This document shows positions 48,570-56,173 of a DNA stretch of 64,000 nucleotides, in pieces. Source of the DNA: an uncultured Gemmatimonadales bacterium (lineage in GTDB: Bacteria > Gemmatimonadota > Gemmatimonadetes > Longimicrobiales > RSA9); assembly GCA_963783305.1 (NCBI GenBank), contig CAWAMW010000017.1, positions 160,001 through 224,000 of the forward strand. The letters are read 5' to 3'. Below the pieces are notes generated by a model. It was not told the DNA's origin, ran no database searches, and worked only from the letters and a program-made list of their open reading frames with translations. The translations under genes were made by a program, and so were the position numbers. Position 1 is the first letter of the stretch. Every line of letters starts with the position of its first letter.

Positions 48570-48926
48570 TCAAGGGGCGGCCAGCACCACCCGCACGGGA
48601 ACCGCGCTCGTACCCGAGTCCCGCGCCAGAGTCGCCCAGTCGGACGCCGACAGCTCCAGCCGACCCGCGGGTCCAGGGTCACGAGTCACTGCGTAGCCCT
48701 CAGCACCCACCCGCACGCTCACCGTCCACCGGTGCCTCCCCTCCACAACCACCGCCGGCTCACCTTCCGCGACACCGGAGGCCTCGATCCGCACCGATGG
48801 CTGCACGCTCGGCGCAAGCACCGTCACACTGGCCTGAATACTGGCTGATTGCGCCTCCGACGCGGTCGGACACACCGCCAGCAGAGCCAGCGCCGCCACC
48901 ACAACTGCCTGACCCGTGAATCTCAT
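48570..48926 (-). CDS. Small secreted protein with pilin-like N-terminal strand
   Basis: GAGGAG RBS, signal peptide SEA|Q, mature N-terminus QSASIQASVTVLAP. Confidence 0.65.
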   Translation of the reverse strand: MRFTGQAVVVAALALLAVCPTASEAQSASIQASVTVLAPSVQPSVRIEASGVAEGEPAVVVEGRHRWTVSVRVGAEGYAVTRDPGPAGRLELSASDWATLARDSGTSAVPVRVVLAAP

Positions 48927-48965
48927 GCGACTCCTCGAGCGGGAAGATCTCAGGAGTCAGGCGGT

Positions 48966-49021
48966 GCGAGAACCGTGCTACGCGGACAATATGAGGGAAA
49001 CCGTTGGTGGACAACACTTTA
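48966..49021 (-). promoter_or_regulatory. Double IHF-like palindrome plus imperfect sigma54-like element
   Basis: GAAACCGTTGGTGGACAACACTTTA (48997-49021); minus-strand TAGCACGGTTCTCGC (48980-48966) has AG instead of GG. Confidence 0.45.
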
Positions 49022-49201
49022 TAAGTATATCCACCCTCGCGCTCCAGGCACCCGGGCTGTCCGGGATCCAGACGCCTGGAGCGGTGAATACGGATCTTGT
49101 GAAGGGGATCCTGGGCCGGCATCCGAAAACCAGACACTGTGTGAATCCCGGACACCACCGGGTAATCGCCGGTCCACGCGCTGCTCGGCCGGCGACCCCG
49201 G

Positions 49202-49594
49202 TCAGAAGGCGAGGGTCTTCTCGGAGTACAGCGCGAACTGGGTGGGCGTCTCCCACACCTTCACGTAGAGGAGCGCGGCGGCCATGTCGGTCGGGAGTCG
49301 CTGCTTCAGCTCATCGAAGAAGAAGCGGGCCTGGTTCTCGGCAGAGGGCTCGACCTCGTCGAAAGGCGGGAGCTCGTTGATGTTCTCATGATCGAGCCAG
49401 TCGGCAAGCTCGCGCGTGTGCCTCTTCACGTCGACGAAGTCGAAGGCCAGACCGGCCGCGTTCAGCTCGTCGGACATTAGTGCGACTTCCACCACATAGC
49501 GGTGGCCGTGAAGCCTCTCGCACTTCCCCTTGTAGTTGCGGAGGAAATGGGCCGAGTCGTAATGGGCCTGCACACTGACGACGTACATGGTCAA
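49202..49594 (-). CDS. queD: 6-carboxytetrahydropterin synthase / PTPS (COG0720), CExxHGH motif
   Basis: YDSAHFL..Y.GKCERLHGH, DF..VK, LDH, PSAEN, VWETP. Confidence 0.85.
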   Translation of the reverse strand: MTMYVVSVQAHYDSAHFLRNYKGKCERLHGHRYVVEVALMSDELNAAGLAFDFVDVKRHTRELADWLDHENINELPPFDEVEPSAENQARFFFDELKQRLPTDMAAALLYVKVWETPTQFALYSEKTLAF

Positions 49595-50361
49595 CTCCGT
49601 TGGACTGCGACCGTAGGGATGTGGACTCCCGGCGGCCGCGATAGGACGAACAGAACGGCGTCGGCGATGGCCTGGGCCGTGAGCATTTCACTGCGCGCGG
49701 GAAGATCCGGCCGCCCGTCCGGATCGATGGGATCCCAGATTGGGGTGTCGGTGGCGGCGGGCTCCACGAGGGTCGCGCGCACGCCGGTGCCACGGAGCTC
49801 CTGCACCAGGACCTCGTGCATTCCCCGCACGCCGAACTTGGACGCCGAGTACGCGGCGTTGCCGGGGAAGGCTGTCCTCCCGGCCACGGAACCGATGGTG
49901 ACGATGTGCCCGGCCCCGGCGGCGAGCATGGACGGGAGTAGGGCGCGGGTAACGAGGAACGGCGCGGTCAGGTTGCCGTCTATCATGCGCTGGAACATCC
50001 GGGGCTCGGTCTCCGCCAGGGGCGCGAGGTCGAACGCGCCCACCGCGTGGACAACGGCAAACAGTGGCCCCTCGTCCAGCACGGCCTCGGCCAGCGCCCC
50101 GACGGCGTCGGCGTCCGACGCATCGGCGGGAAGGGCGCGCGCCCCGGTGTCGGCCGCCAGGTGGTGCAGCCGCTCCGCTCCGCGCGCGGTCGCCAGCACG
50201 CGCGCGCCCCGGCCGGTCAGTCTACGGACGACTGCCGCGCCGATCCCTCCGGTCGCACCCGTCACCAGAATGAGTCGGCCCGTCAGGTCGACCGCGTCGA
50301 TGCTCCCGCCGACGTCAGAGGGTCCAGCCCGGCCCGGATCCACCTCAGTCGATGATGCCAT
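49591..50361 (-). CDS. SDR oxidoreductase in the pterin operon
   Basis: [28 protein letters not shown]; overlaps folE and queD. Confidence 0.85.
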   Translation of the reverse strand: MASSTEVDPGRAGPSDVGGSIDAVDLTGRLILVTGATGGIGAAVVRRLTGRGARVLATARGAERLHHLAADTGARALPADASDADAVGALAEAVLDEGPLFAVVHAVGAFDLAPLAETEPRMFQRMIDGNLTAPFLVTRALLPSMLAAGAGHIVTIGSVAGRTAFPGNAAYSASKFGVRGMHEVLVQELRGTGVRATLVEPAATDTPIWDPIDPDGRPDLPARSEMLTAQAIADAVLFVLSRPPGVHIPTVAVQRS

Positions 50362-50935
50362 TCGACATCGTCAGTCGGAGGAACTCCTCGCGGGTCCTGA
50401 TGTCCTCGAGGAACACACCCTTCATTGCACTGGTGATGGTCTTCGAGTTCTGCTTCTCCACGCCACGCATCATCATGCACAGGTGATAGGCCTCCACGAC
50501 CACCCCCACGCCTTCCGGCTTCAGCACCTCCTGGATGGCGTCGGCCACCTGCTCCGTGAGCCGCTCCTGCACCTGGAGCCGACGCGCGAACACGTCCACG
50601 ATCCGCGGGACCTTGCTGAGTCCCAGGATCCGACCGTTCGGGATGTACGCCACATGCACCTTCCCGAAGAACGGCAGCATGTGATGCTCGCACAACGAGT
50701 ACATCTCGATGTCCTTCACCACCACCATGTTGTGATGGTCCTCGTTGAAGATGGCCGTGCCGATCACATCCTCCACCGCCTGACCGTATCCCCGCGTCAG
50801 CCACTTCAGGCTGTCCGCCACCCGGTCCGGCGTCCGCAGCAATCCCTCCCGCTCCGGATCCTCACCCAGTCGCGACAGCAGCTCCCTGACCAGATCCCGT
50901 GTCTCCACCGTCTCCAGCTCCGACCCGCTCCCCAT
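50345..50935 (-). CDS. folE: GTP cyclohydrolase I
   Basis: [44 protein letters not shown]. Confidence 0.97.
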   Translation of the reverse strand: MGSGSELETVETRDLVRELLSRLGEDPEREGLLRTPDRVADSLKWLTRGYGQAVEDVIGTAIFNEDHHNMVVVKDIEMYSLCEHHMLPFFGKVHVAYIPNGRILGLSKVPRIVDVFARRLQVQERLTEQVADAIQEVLKPEGVGVVVEAYHLCMMMRGVEKQNSKTITSAMKGVFLEDIRTREEFLRLTMSNGIID

Positions 50936-50937
50936 CC

Positions 50938-51354
50938 TCAACCCCCCGCGTATTCCACGTAGTTGCGCGGCGTCTCCCACAGGACCAGCCGCACCAGCTC
51001 CACCTCACCCGGGAGCTCCGTCACCAGTCGGCCCCAGATCGCCACCACCAGGTTCTCCGTAGTGGGATTCTGACCGCCGAGCCACTCCACGTCCAGATTC
51101 AGATTCCGGTGATCGACGTCCCCCAGCACCCGCTCCTCCACGAGCGCCTTCAGATCCTTGAGGTCCAGAACGAACCCCGTCTCCCCGTCTACCTCGCCCT
51201 CCACCGTCACATCCAGCTCGTAGTTGTGGCCGTGCCAGTTCGGGTTCGAGCAGTCCCCGAAGACCGCCGCGTTCCGCTCAGCACTCCACTCGGCGAGACC
51301 CAGTCGATGCGCCGCCGCGAAGTGTACCCGCCGCGTTACCCGGACCCTCGGCAT
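50938..51354 (-). CDS. 6-pyruvoyl-tetrahydropterin synthase (COG0720), CX5HGH motif
   Basis: [43 protein letters not shown]. Confidence 0.88.
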   Translation of the reverse strand: MPRVRVTRRVHFAAAHRLGLAEWSAERNAAVFGDCSNPNWHGHNYELDVTVEGEVDGETGFVLDLKDLKALVEERVLGDVDHRNLNLDVEWLGGQNPTTENLVVAIWGRLVTELPGEVELVRLVLWETPRNYVEYAGG

Positions 51355-51385
51355 TCGCCACCTCCACCTCGCCACAGGAAACGAT

Positions 51386-51421
51386 GAAAGGGCCGGTCCG
51401 CGACGCATCGCAGACCGGCCC
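51386..51421 (-). terminator. Intrinsic terminator after the 6S RNA
   Basis: GGGCCGGTCTGCGA-loop-TCGCGGACCGGCCC followed by TTTC on the minus strand. Confidence 0.75.
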
Positions 51422-51580
51422 AGTCGGCACACCGAAGGGTATATTTGAAGCCCAGTCGTTAATAACTGGTGACCTCCCCGCGCCTTCCGTCTTCCCTCTC
51501 GGGCCTGACGTCCGGCACAGAAGTGAGTCCCTGCTTCTGTAGTGTCGGCTCAAATGACGGCCCTTCAGTGCACCGCACCT
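51422..51580 (-). ncRNA. ssrS: 6S RNA
   Basis: Rod structure: CGGUGCACUGAAGGG/CCCUUCGGUGUGCCG closing stem, AUUUGAGCC/GGCUUCAAAU, A-rich central bubble with a 3' mini-hairpin, upper stem ending in a GAGA tetraloop; own promoter and terminator. Confidence 0.88.
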
Positions 51581-51582
51581 AC

Positions 51583-51611
51583 AAGATCACCAATGGGCCC
51601 CAGTGAGTCAA
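51583..51611 (-). promoter_or_regulatory. sigma70-type promoter of the 6S RNA
   Basis: TTGACT-N17-GATCTT immediately upstream of the predicted 5' end. Confidence 0.7.
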
Positions 51612-51626
51612 CCGGCGCGGAAGCCC

Positions 51627-51673
51627 ACAAAAGACGAACGGCCGCTGCCTAAGCAACGACCGTCCGCCTTTGT
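51627..51673 (-). terminator. Intrinsic terminator upstream of the 6S promoter
   Basis: ACAAAGGCGGACGGTCGTTGC-TTAG-GCAGCGGCCGTTCGTCTTTTGT; four G-U pairs form only on the minus strand. Confidence 0.75.
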
Positions 51674-51766
51674 CCGCGGCGCTCTCCCCGGTTATCCCGC
51701 CGCCGCGTCCAACCTTCTTGTGCCCGTTCTTCAGGCAGGATCGAGTCCAGCGCGGGCACGATACGG

Positions 51767-51791
51767 AAACTCGTTGCAGGACAACCACTTA
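51767..51791. promoter_or_regulatory. Third copy of the palindromic double IHF-like box
   Basis: AAACTCGTTGCAGGACAACCACTTA, same pattern as 43308 and 48997. Confidence 0.55.
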
Positions 51792-51937
51792 CCCCATGCC
51801 AGCGCGCAGGCACGGTCCGTGACAGTCGATACTATTTGCCGGGTTCCGCGCCATTTTTTCCGCCCCCGTCGGCCCCAGAAGGACGCGAGCGGGAATCGGA
51901 GCGCACAACCTGAGGGATCCTGATCCGGCAGCGACTG

Positions 51938-52103
51938 CCGGGGGGAAATGGGATACCGATGGCCGCCGGCACGGCGCTGGGCGGATTCACCCCGGTATCC
52001 GGGGGGAAACGGGATACCGATCGCCGCCGGCACGGCGCTGGGCGGATTCACCCCGGTATCCGAAGGAAAACGGGATGCCGGCGCCGCCGGCACGGCGCCG
52101 GGC
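51938..52103. repeat. 61-bp tandem repeat (~2.7 copies) of hairpin-forming units
   Basis: Units start at 51938, 51999 and 52060; each full unit contains GGATACCG...CGGTATCC (closing into the next unit) and an inner CCGCC...GGCGG. Confidence 0.9.
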
Positions 52104-52180
52104 AAAAAGCCGGGAGATGCCCCGGGGTTGATTCGCCGCGGTCGCGCCGGAGTCGCGCCGCTCGCGTCGCCCCCCGGCCG

Positions 52181-53077
52181 CTATTTCCGCCGGTAGGAGC
52201 GGAGCAGGGCGAGGTTGGCGCGGTCGGCTGCAACGGCATCGTCGCCCTTGGGAGTCTCGATGGCCTTCGGCACATGGGCGAGACGGGGCTCGTTCATGAT
52301 GGCGCGGAAGATCTCGTCGCCAATGGAGCCCTCGCCGATGGCCGCGTGACGGTCGCGGTGGCTGCCGAAGGGAGTCAGGGAGTCGTTCAGGTGGAGGAAC
52401 CGGAGGTGCTGGAGTCCGACGGTGTGATCGAATCGATCGAGCACGGCTTCCAGGTCGCGGAGGTCGTGGCCGGCGGCCCACACGTGGCAGCTGTCGAGGC
52501 AGACGCCGACGCGGTCCGGGTGGCGTGCGCCCACGAGCGTGACGAGGGTCGCGAGCTCCTCGAACGTGGAGCCCAGGGCGGTACCACTGCCGGCGGTGCC
52601 TTCGAGGAGGACGCGAACTCGGCCCGGAACCGCGTCGAGTGCGCGGCTGATGGATTCGGCGTTCTGTCGCAGGCCCCGGTCGGGATCGCCGTCGGTCGCG
52701 TTCCCCGGATGAGAGACGAGGAAATCGAGGCCGAGGGCCTCGCAGCGACGGACTTCGGTGGTAAAGGAGTCCAGCGAGCGCTCCAGGAGCGACGGATCGG
52801 GCGTGGCCAGGTTGATCAGGTAGGAGTCGTGGGCGGCGCTGGTGCATATGCCGTGCTCCTCCATGGCCGAGCGGAAGGCGGCGACCTCCTCCTCCTCCAC
52901 GTCCCGCTCGCGCCAGCGGTTGGGCTGCTTGGTGAAGATCTGGAGCACCGCGGCGCCGAGCTCGGCGGCCCGACCGGGGGCGTTGGGCGTCCCTCCAGCG
53001 GTGGAGACGTGCGCCCCCAGCTCGTCAACGATCCGCTCCGCCATCTGCTTCGTTCCGTGATCCGTGTCGGTCCGCAT
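52181..53077 (-). CDS. nfo: Endonuclease IV (AP endonuclease)
   Basis: LGAHVSTAGG, QIF, HDSYLINLA, HPG, LLEGTAG, CLDSCH, HLNDS, DRHA, ETP. Confidence 0.95.
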   Translation of the reverse strand: MRTDTDHGTKQMAERIVDELGAHVSTAGGTPNAPGRAAELGAAVLQIFTKQPNRWRERDVEEEEVAAFRSAMEEHGICTSAAHDSYLINLATPDPSLLERSLDSFTTEVRRCEALGLDFLVSHPGNATDGDPDRGLRQNAESISRALDAVPGRVRVLLEGTAGSGTALGSTFEELATLVTLVGARHPDRVGVCLDSCHVWAAGHDLRDLEAVLDRFDHTVGLQHLRFLHLNDSLTPFGSHRDRHAAIGEGSIGDEIFRAIMNEPRLAHVPKAIETPKGDDAVAADRANLALLRSYRRK

Positions 53078-53125
53078 CTTGCCTCCTTCGACCGTGAATA
53101 GGGAGGCAGCAACAACGGGTGTCAA

Positions 53126-53644
53126 ATGCTACTGGTACTGTATTTCTTCATCGTGGTCGCGCTACCGCTGGCGCTGGGCTCCTACGTCGTTTTCAACGGC
53201 CTGCCGCGCTCACGGGCGTGCCCCGTGTGCGCGTCTGAGACGCTCCGGATCCAGTCGGTGCCCCACGCGCTGGCCAGTCGAGTGCTGCGGCGGAGCCTCC
53301 ATAGCCGCTGGTGCATGAGCTGCGGCTGGCGCGGCGCCATTGTGGACCGCGGCCGAGCGGTCGTGCCCCCCGTCCGGGTCGCCTCCGATCGTCGGGCCGC
53401 CGCGCCCCAGCCGGACCGGGTGGACCTGCGGACCCTCGAGGTCGATGGTCACCCGTGGCGCGTGATGCTCGAGTGCTGGGCCGAGGGCGGCCGCTGGCTC
53501 GCCCGGCTGGTGTTCGTGGCGCCCGGCGGACAGGTGTGCGCGGACCAGAGTTCCCTGGAGGGCGACTCCGTGCTCGAAGTGATCTCGCAGGCCTTCCGTC
53601 TGCCCGAGCAGACGCTGGCCGGCCGACTGCGGTCCATCCGATAA
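53126..53644 (+). CDS. Hypothetical membrane-anchored zinc-ribbon protein
   Basis: N-terminal TM, CPVC...WCMSCGW. Confidence 0.6.
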   Translation: MLLVLYFFIVVALPLALGSYVVFNGLPRSRACPVCASETLRIQSVPHALASRVLRRSLHSRWCMSCGWRGAIVDRGRAVVPPVRVASDRRAAAPQPDRVDLRTLEVDGHPWRVMLECWAEGGRWLARLVFVAPGGQVCADQSSLEGDSVLEVISQAFRLPEQTLAGRLRSIR

Positions 53645-53652
53645 CGCGCGTC

Positions 53653-54516
53653 ATGACAGAAATTTACGGGCCCGAGCCGGGCTCCCCGCCACCGCTGGTC
53701 TCCACTTCCGATCTGGCCGGACTCTCCGCCAGCGATGTGGAGGGGACCCCGGTGGGGGAGCTGGTCGGCGCGCTTTCGGAGGAGCGGACCGGCCTGATTC
53801 GCTATCTGGATGTCTCCATCCGGGATGCGGGGAAGCACGTGCTGGTGCCCATCGGACACGCGCGTATCGATCGCGAGTCGGTGCCGCCACGGGTGCGGCT
53901 GCGTGCAGCGACGCACGGGGACCTCCTCTCCGTCCCGGAGTTCGTGGAGGACGAGACCCCCGTAGACGCCGAGTATCAGCAGGCTGTCATGGGAGTTCAC
54001 GGCCGCCTCTTCTACGGCGCCCGCTACTACGCCCACCCCGCCTACGACCACTCCGCACTGCACGTGGGGGACGTACCCGTCGTGGGGACAGCCGCACCCG
54101 CCGAGGAGGAAGGGCTCCGGGCGCTTTCGGAGACCGGGGCTCTCGCGCTCTCGCGGCGCGGCCCCGACCTGTCCGGCTGGGAGGTGGTGGACGAGGACGG
54201 CGAGACCGTCGGCGCTCTGCGGGACTTCCTCGTGGACCCCTCGGCCGCACGCGTGCGCTACGCCATCCTGGACCTCGCGTCCCCGGAGCGGTCGACGGCG
54301 CTTCCCATCGGCTATCTCGTCATCGATGAAGAGGCCCGGAGGGCACGTGTGCCGGCGCTCACCGTGGAGGACATCGGGCTGCTCCCGCCGTACGAGCCGC
54401 CTCTCACGCGTGAGGAGGAGAACAGACTGCACGCCGCGATCGAGGGCCGGCTCACGGGCGAGCGCTACTTCGATCGCCCAGACTTCTGGAGACCGAACGC
54501 ACGAGAGCTGGACTAG
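53653..54516 (+). CDS. Tandem PRC-barrel domain protein
   Basis: Two repeats: G..VG.L....IRYLDV...HVLVPIG and GWEVVDEDGETVG.L.DFLVD...VRYAIL...LPIG. Confidence 0.75.
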   Translation: MTEIYGPEPGSPPPLVSTSDLAGLSASDVEGTPVGELVGALSEERTGLIRYLDVSIRDAGKHVLVPIGHARIDRESVPPRVRLRAATHGDLLSVPEFVEDETPVDAEYQQAVMGVHGRLFYGARYYAHPAYDHSALHVGDVPVVGTAAPAEEEGLRALSETGALALSRRGPDLSGWEVVDEDGETVGALRDFLVDPSAARVRYAILDLASPERSTALPIGYLVIDEEARRARVPALTVEDIGLLPPYEPPLTREEENRLHAAIEGRLTGERYFDRPDFWRPNARELD

Positions 54517-55199
54517 AGCAGCACCTTCCCCGGCCCGGGCGGCGTTTCCCACGCGTCGAATCGCTCGGCCACCTCGAGATCGTGCGGGCGCCCCGCGCGT
54601 CGCAGCCGATCGAGGAGCCATTCCTCCTGCGGCCACCCCACGCGCTGGCGGTGGAATGCGGCCAGCTCGAGCACGATATCCAGGTGTGGCTCCACATCCA
54701 CCACCGCCTCGGGCAGCGCGGAGTGCTCACCCCGGAGCGTGAAGACCGGGGCGGGCTCACGATGGGGTGAGTCGGGGGCGGTCACCCGGCCCAGCCGCGC
54801 CAGCGTGATGGCATCGCGCACGATCTGGCCGGTCGCCTGGTGATCGGGATGACGCATGCCTCGCGACCACGCCTCACCCCACGTGATGACGGCGTCCGGC
54901 TGGATCTGAGCGATCGCCCGGGCCACCTCGCGGGCCGCCTCGGGCGTTGCGTGTACGCGCGTGTCCGGAAAAGAGAGGAACCGGTACTCGGCGTCCAGGA
55001 TCTCCGCCGCGCCGCGACCCTGCTCCATGCGGGTTTCTATCACTGCCTCAGTGCTCATCCCGCCGTAGATCTCCGTCATCTCTCCACGCGTGAGCCAGAG
55101 CAGGACCACTCGGTCACCCGCCGCCCGGTGGGCCGCCACGGTGCCGGCGCAGCCCACCTCGTCGTCGGGGTGGGTCAGGGCCACGAGTATCGTCTTCAC
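54513..55199 (-). CDS. PIG-L/LmbE family deacetylase
   Basis: HPDDE, TRGE, HPDH motifs. Confidence 0.88.
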   Translation of the reverse strand: MKTILVALTHPDDEVGCAGTVAAHRAAGDRVVLLWLTRGEMTEIYGGMSTEAVIETRMEQGRGAAEILDAEYRFLSFPDTRVHATPEAAREVARAIAQIQPDAVITWGEAWSRGMRHPDHQATGQIVRDAITLARLGRVTAPDSPHREPAPVFTLRGEHSALPEAVVDVEPHLDIVLELAAFHRQRVGWPQEEWLLDRLRRAGRPHDLEVAERFDAWETPPGPGKVLL

Positions 55200-55249
55200 A
55201 TCCGCTCCCGGTTGACGGCGCGCCTCCACATGGTCATCATCGGCGCGCC

Positions 55250-55645
55250 ATGGAACTGTTACTGTCACTCGCCTGCGAGGACGCCAACGCGCGTCCTGAC
55301 GGAAGACTCGACTTCATCGGGGTCTTCGACGAATTGAACGCCCCCGGCTTCCCCGCGGCGCAGGACCGCATGACAGTGGTCTTCATCATGGAATGGGCGG
55401 CGGGGCAGGAGGGGCGGCAGCAGTTCACCGCCGACCTCGTGGATGCCGACGACCAGAAGGTCCTGACCATTGAGGGCCATACGGACGTGGCACAGCCGAA
55501 CGGCGCCGCGCGCGCGAAGACCCGGCTCATCATGCCGCTCGAACGCGTGGTATTCCCCCACGAGGGCGCGTACCGCTTCATCCTGACCGTCGCAGACACC
55601 CGGACCACCGCCTTTTCGCTGGTGGTCACCGAACGTCCGGACTGA
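55250..55645 (+). CDS. Hypothetical protein (DUF6941-like)
   Basis: LACEDA...DGRLDFIGVFDEL..P.FP...FPHEGAY pattern. Confidence 0.6.
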   Translation: MELLLSLACEDANARPDGRLDFIGVFDELNAPGFPAAQDRMTVVFIMEWAAGQEGRQQFTADLVDADDQKVLTIEGHTDVAQPNGAARAKTRLIMPLERVVFPHEGAYRFILTVADTRTTAFSLVVTERPD

Positions 55646-55720
55646 CACGGACCCCGCCCGCCAGAGACGGGTAGTAGGCCCCACGCAAGGGAATCACCGC
55701 TGGACACCTTCGGAGGCCGA

Positions 55721-56131
55721 GTGGGGGAATCGCAACCAACGTCGCGGGAGACCGTACGCGTTCTGGCCGCCTTGTCGGACGAGAACCGCTTCCGGATCGT
55801 GGAGCTCCTCGCGACGGAGCAGCAGGAGCTGACGTGCGGCGCCATCAGCACGGCGCTCGACATGTCCCCATCGCTCCTCTCCCACCATCTCGGGATCCTG
55901 GCGGACGCCGGGATCATCGGCCGTCGGAAGAACGGGCTCTGGACCATGAACGTGCTCCAGCAGGCTGTCATCGAGCGGCAGGTGGAGACGCTCCAGTCGC
56001 TGATCCGCTCGGGCAACGGGCACTCCGAGGCGCTGATCCGGCTGCACCGCGACTCCGAGACCGGCACCCACCCGGCGCCACCGCACCTCGGCGATGCCCC
56101 CGAATGCGACGAGGCCATCGCCGGCTCCTGA
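55721..56131 (+). CDS. ArsR/SmtB family transcriptional regulator
   Basis: ALSDENRFRIVELL, S.SLLSHHL.IL..AG wHTH; GGAGG RBS. Confidence 0.88.
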   Translation: MGESQPTSRETVRVLAALSDENRFRIVELLATEQQELTCGAISTALDMSPSLLSHHLGILADAGIIGRRKNGLWTMNVLQQAVIERQVETLQSLIRSGNGHSEALIRLHRDSETGTHPAPPHLGDAPECDEAIAGS

Positions 56132-56173
56132 CGAGCCCCGCTCACCTCACTCCGACGGCACCGTCCGCCGCCG

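Noticed and set aside
43300..49030. Pilus cassette as an active mobile element
   Set aside because: No integrase, transposase, tRNA anchor or target-site duplication seen; the flanking palindromes are better explained as regulatory sites.
49202..51354. 7-deazaguanine DNA-modification (dpd) defence island
   Set aside because: folE and queD are present, but no dpdA/tgt-like, queC or queE genes; the context is housekeeping.
51938..52103. CRISPR array
   Set aside because: Units are contiguous near-identical 61-mers without unique spacers, and no cas genes are in the window.
51579..52196. Short ORFs in the 6S-nfo intergenic region
   Set aside because: They cross terminators, promoter elements and the tandem repeat, and lack an RBS or protein motifs.
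53653..54516. Photosynthetic reaction centre H subunit (puhA)
   Set aside because: Only generic tandem PRC-barrels; no N-terminal TM helix and no puf, bch or crt genes nearby.
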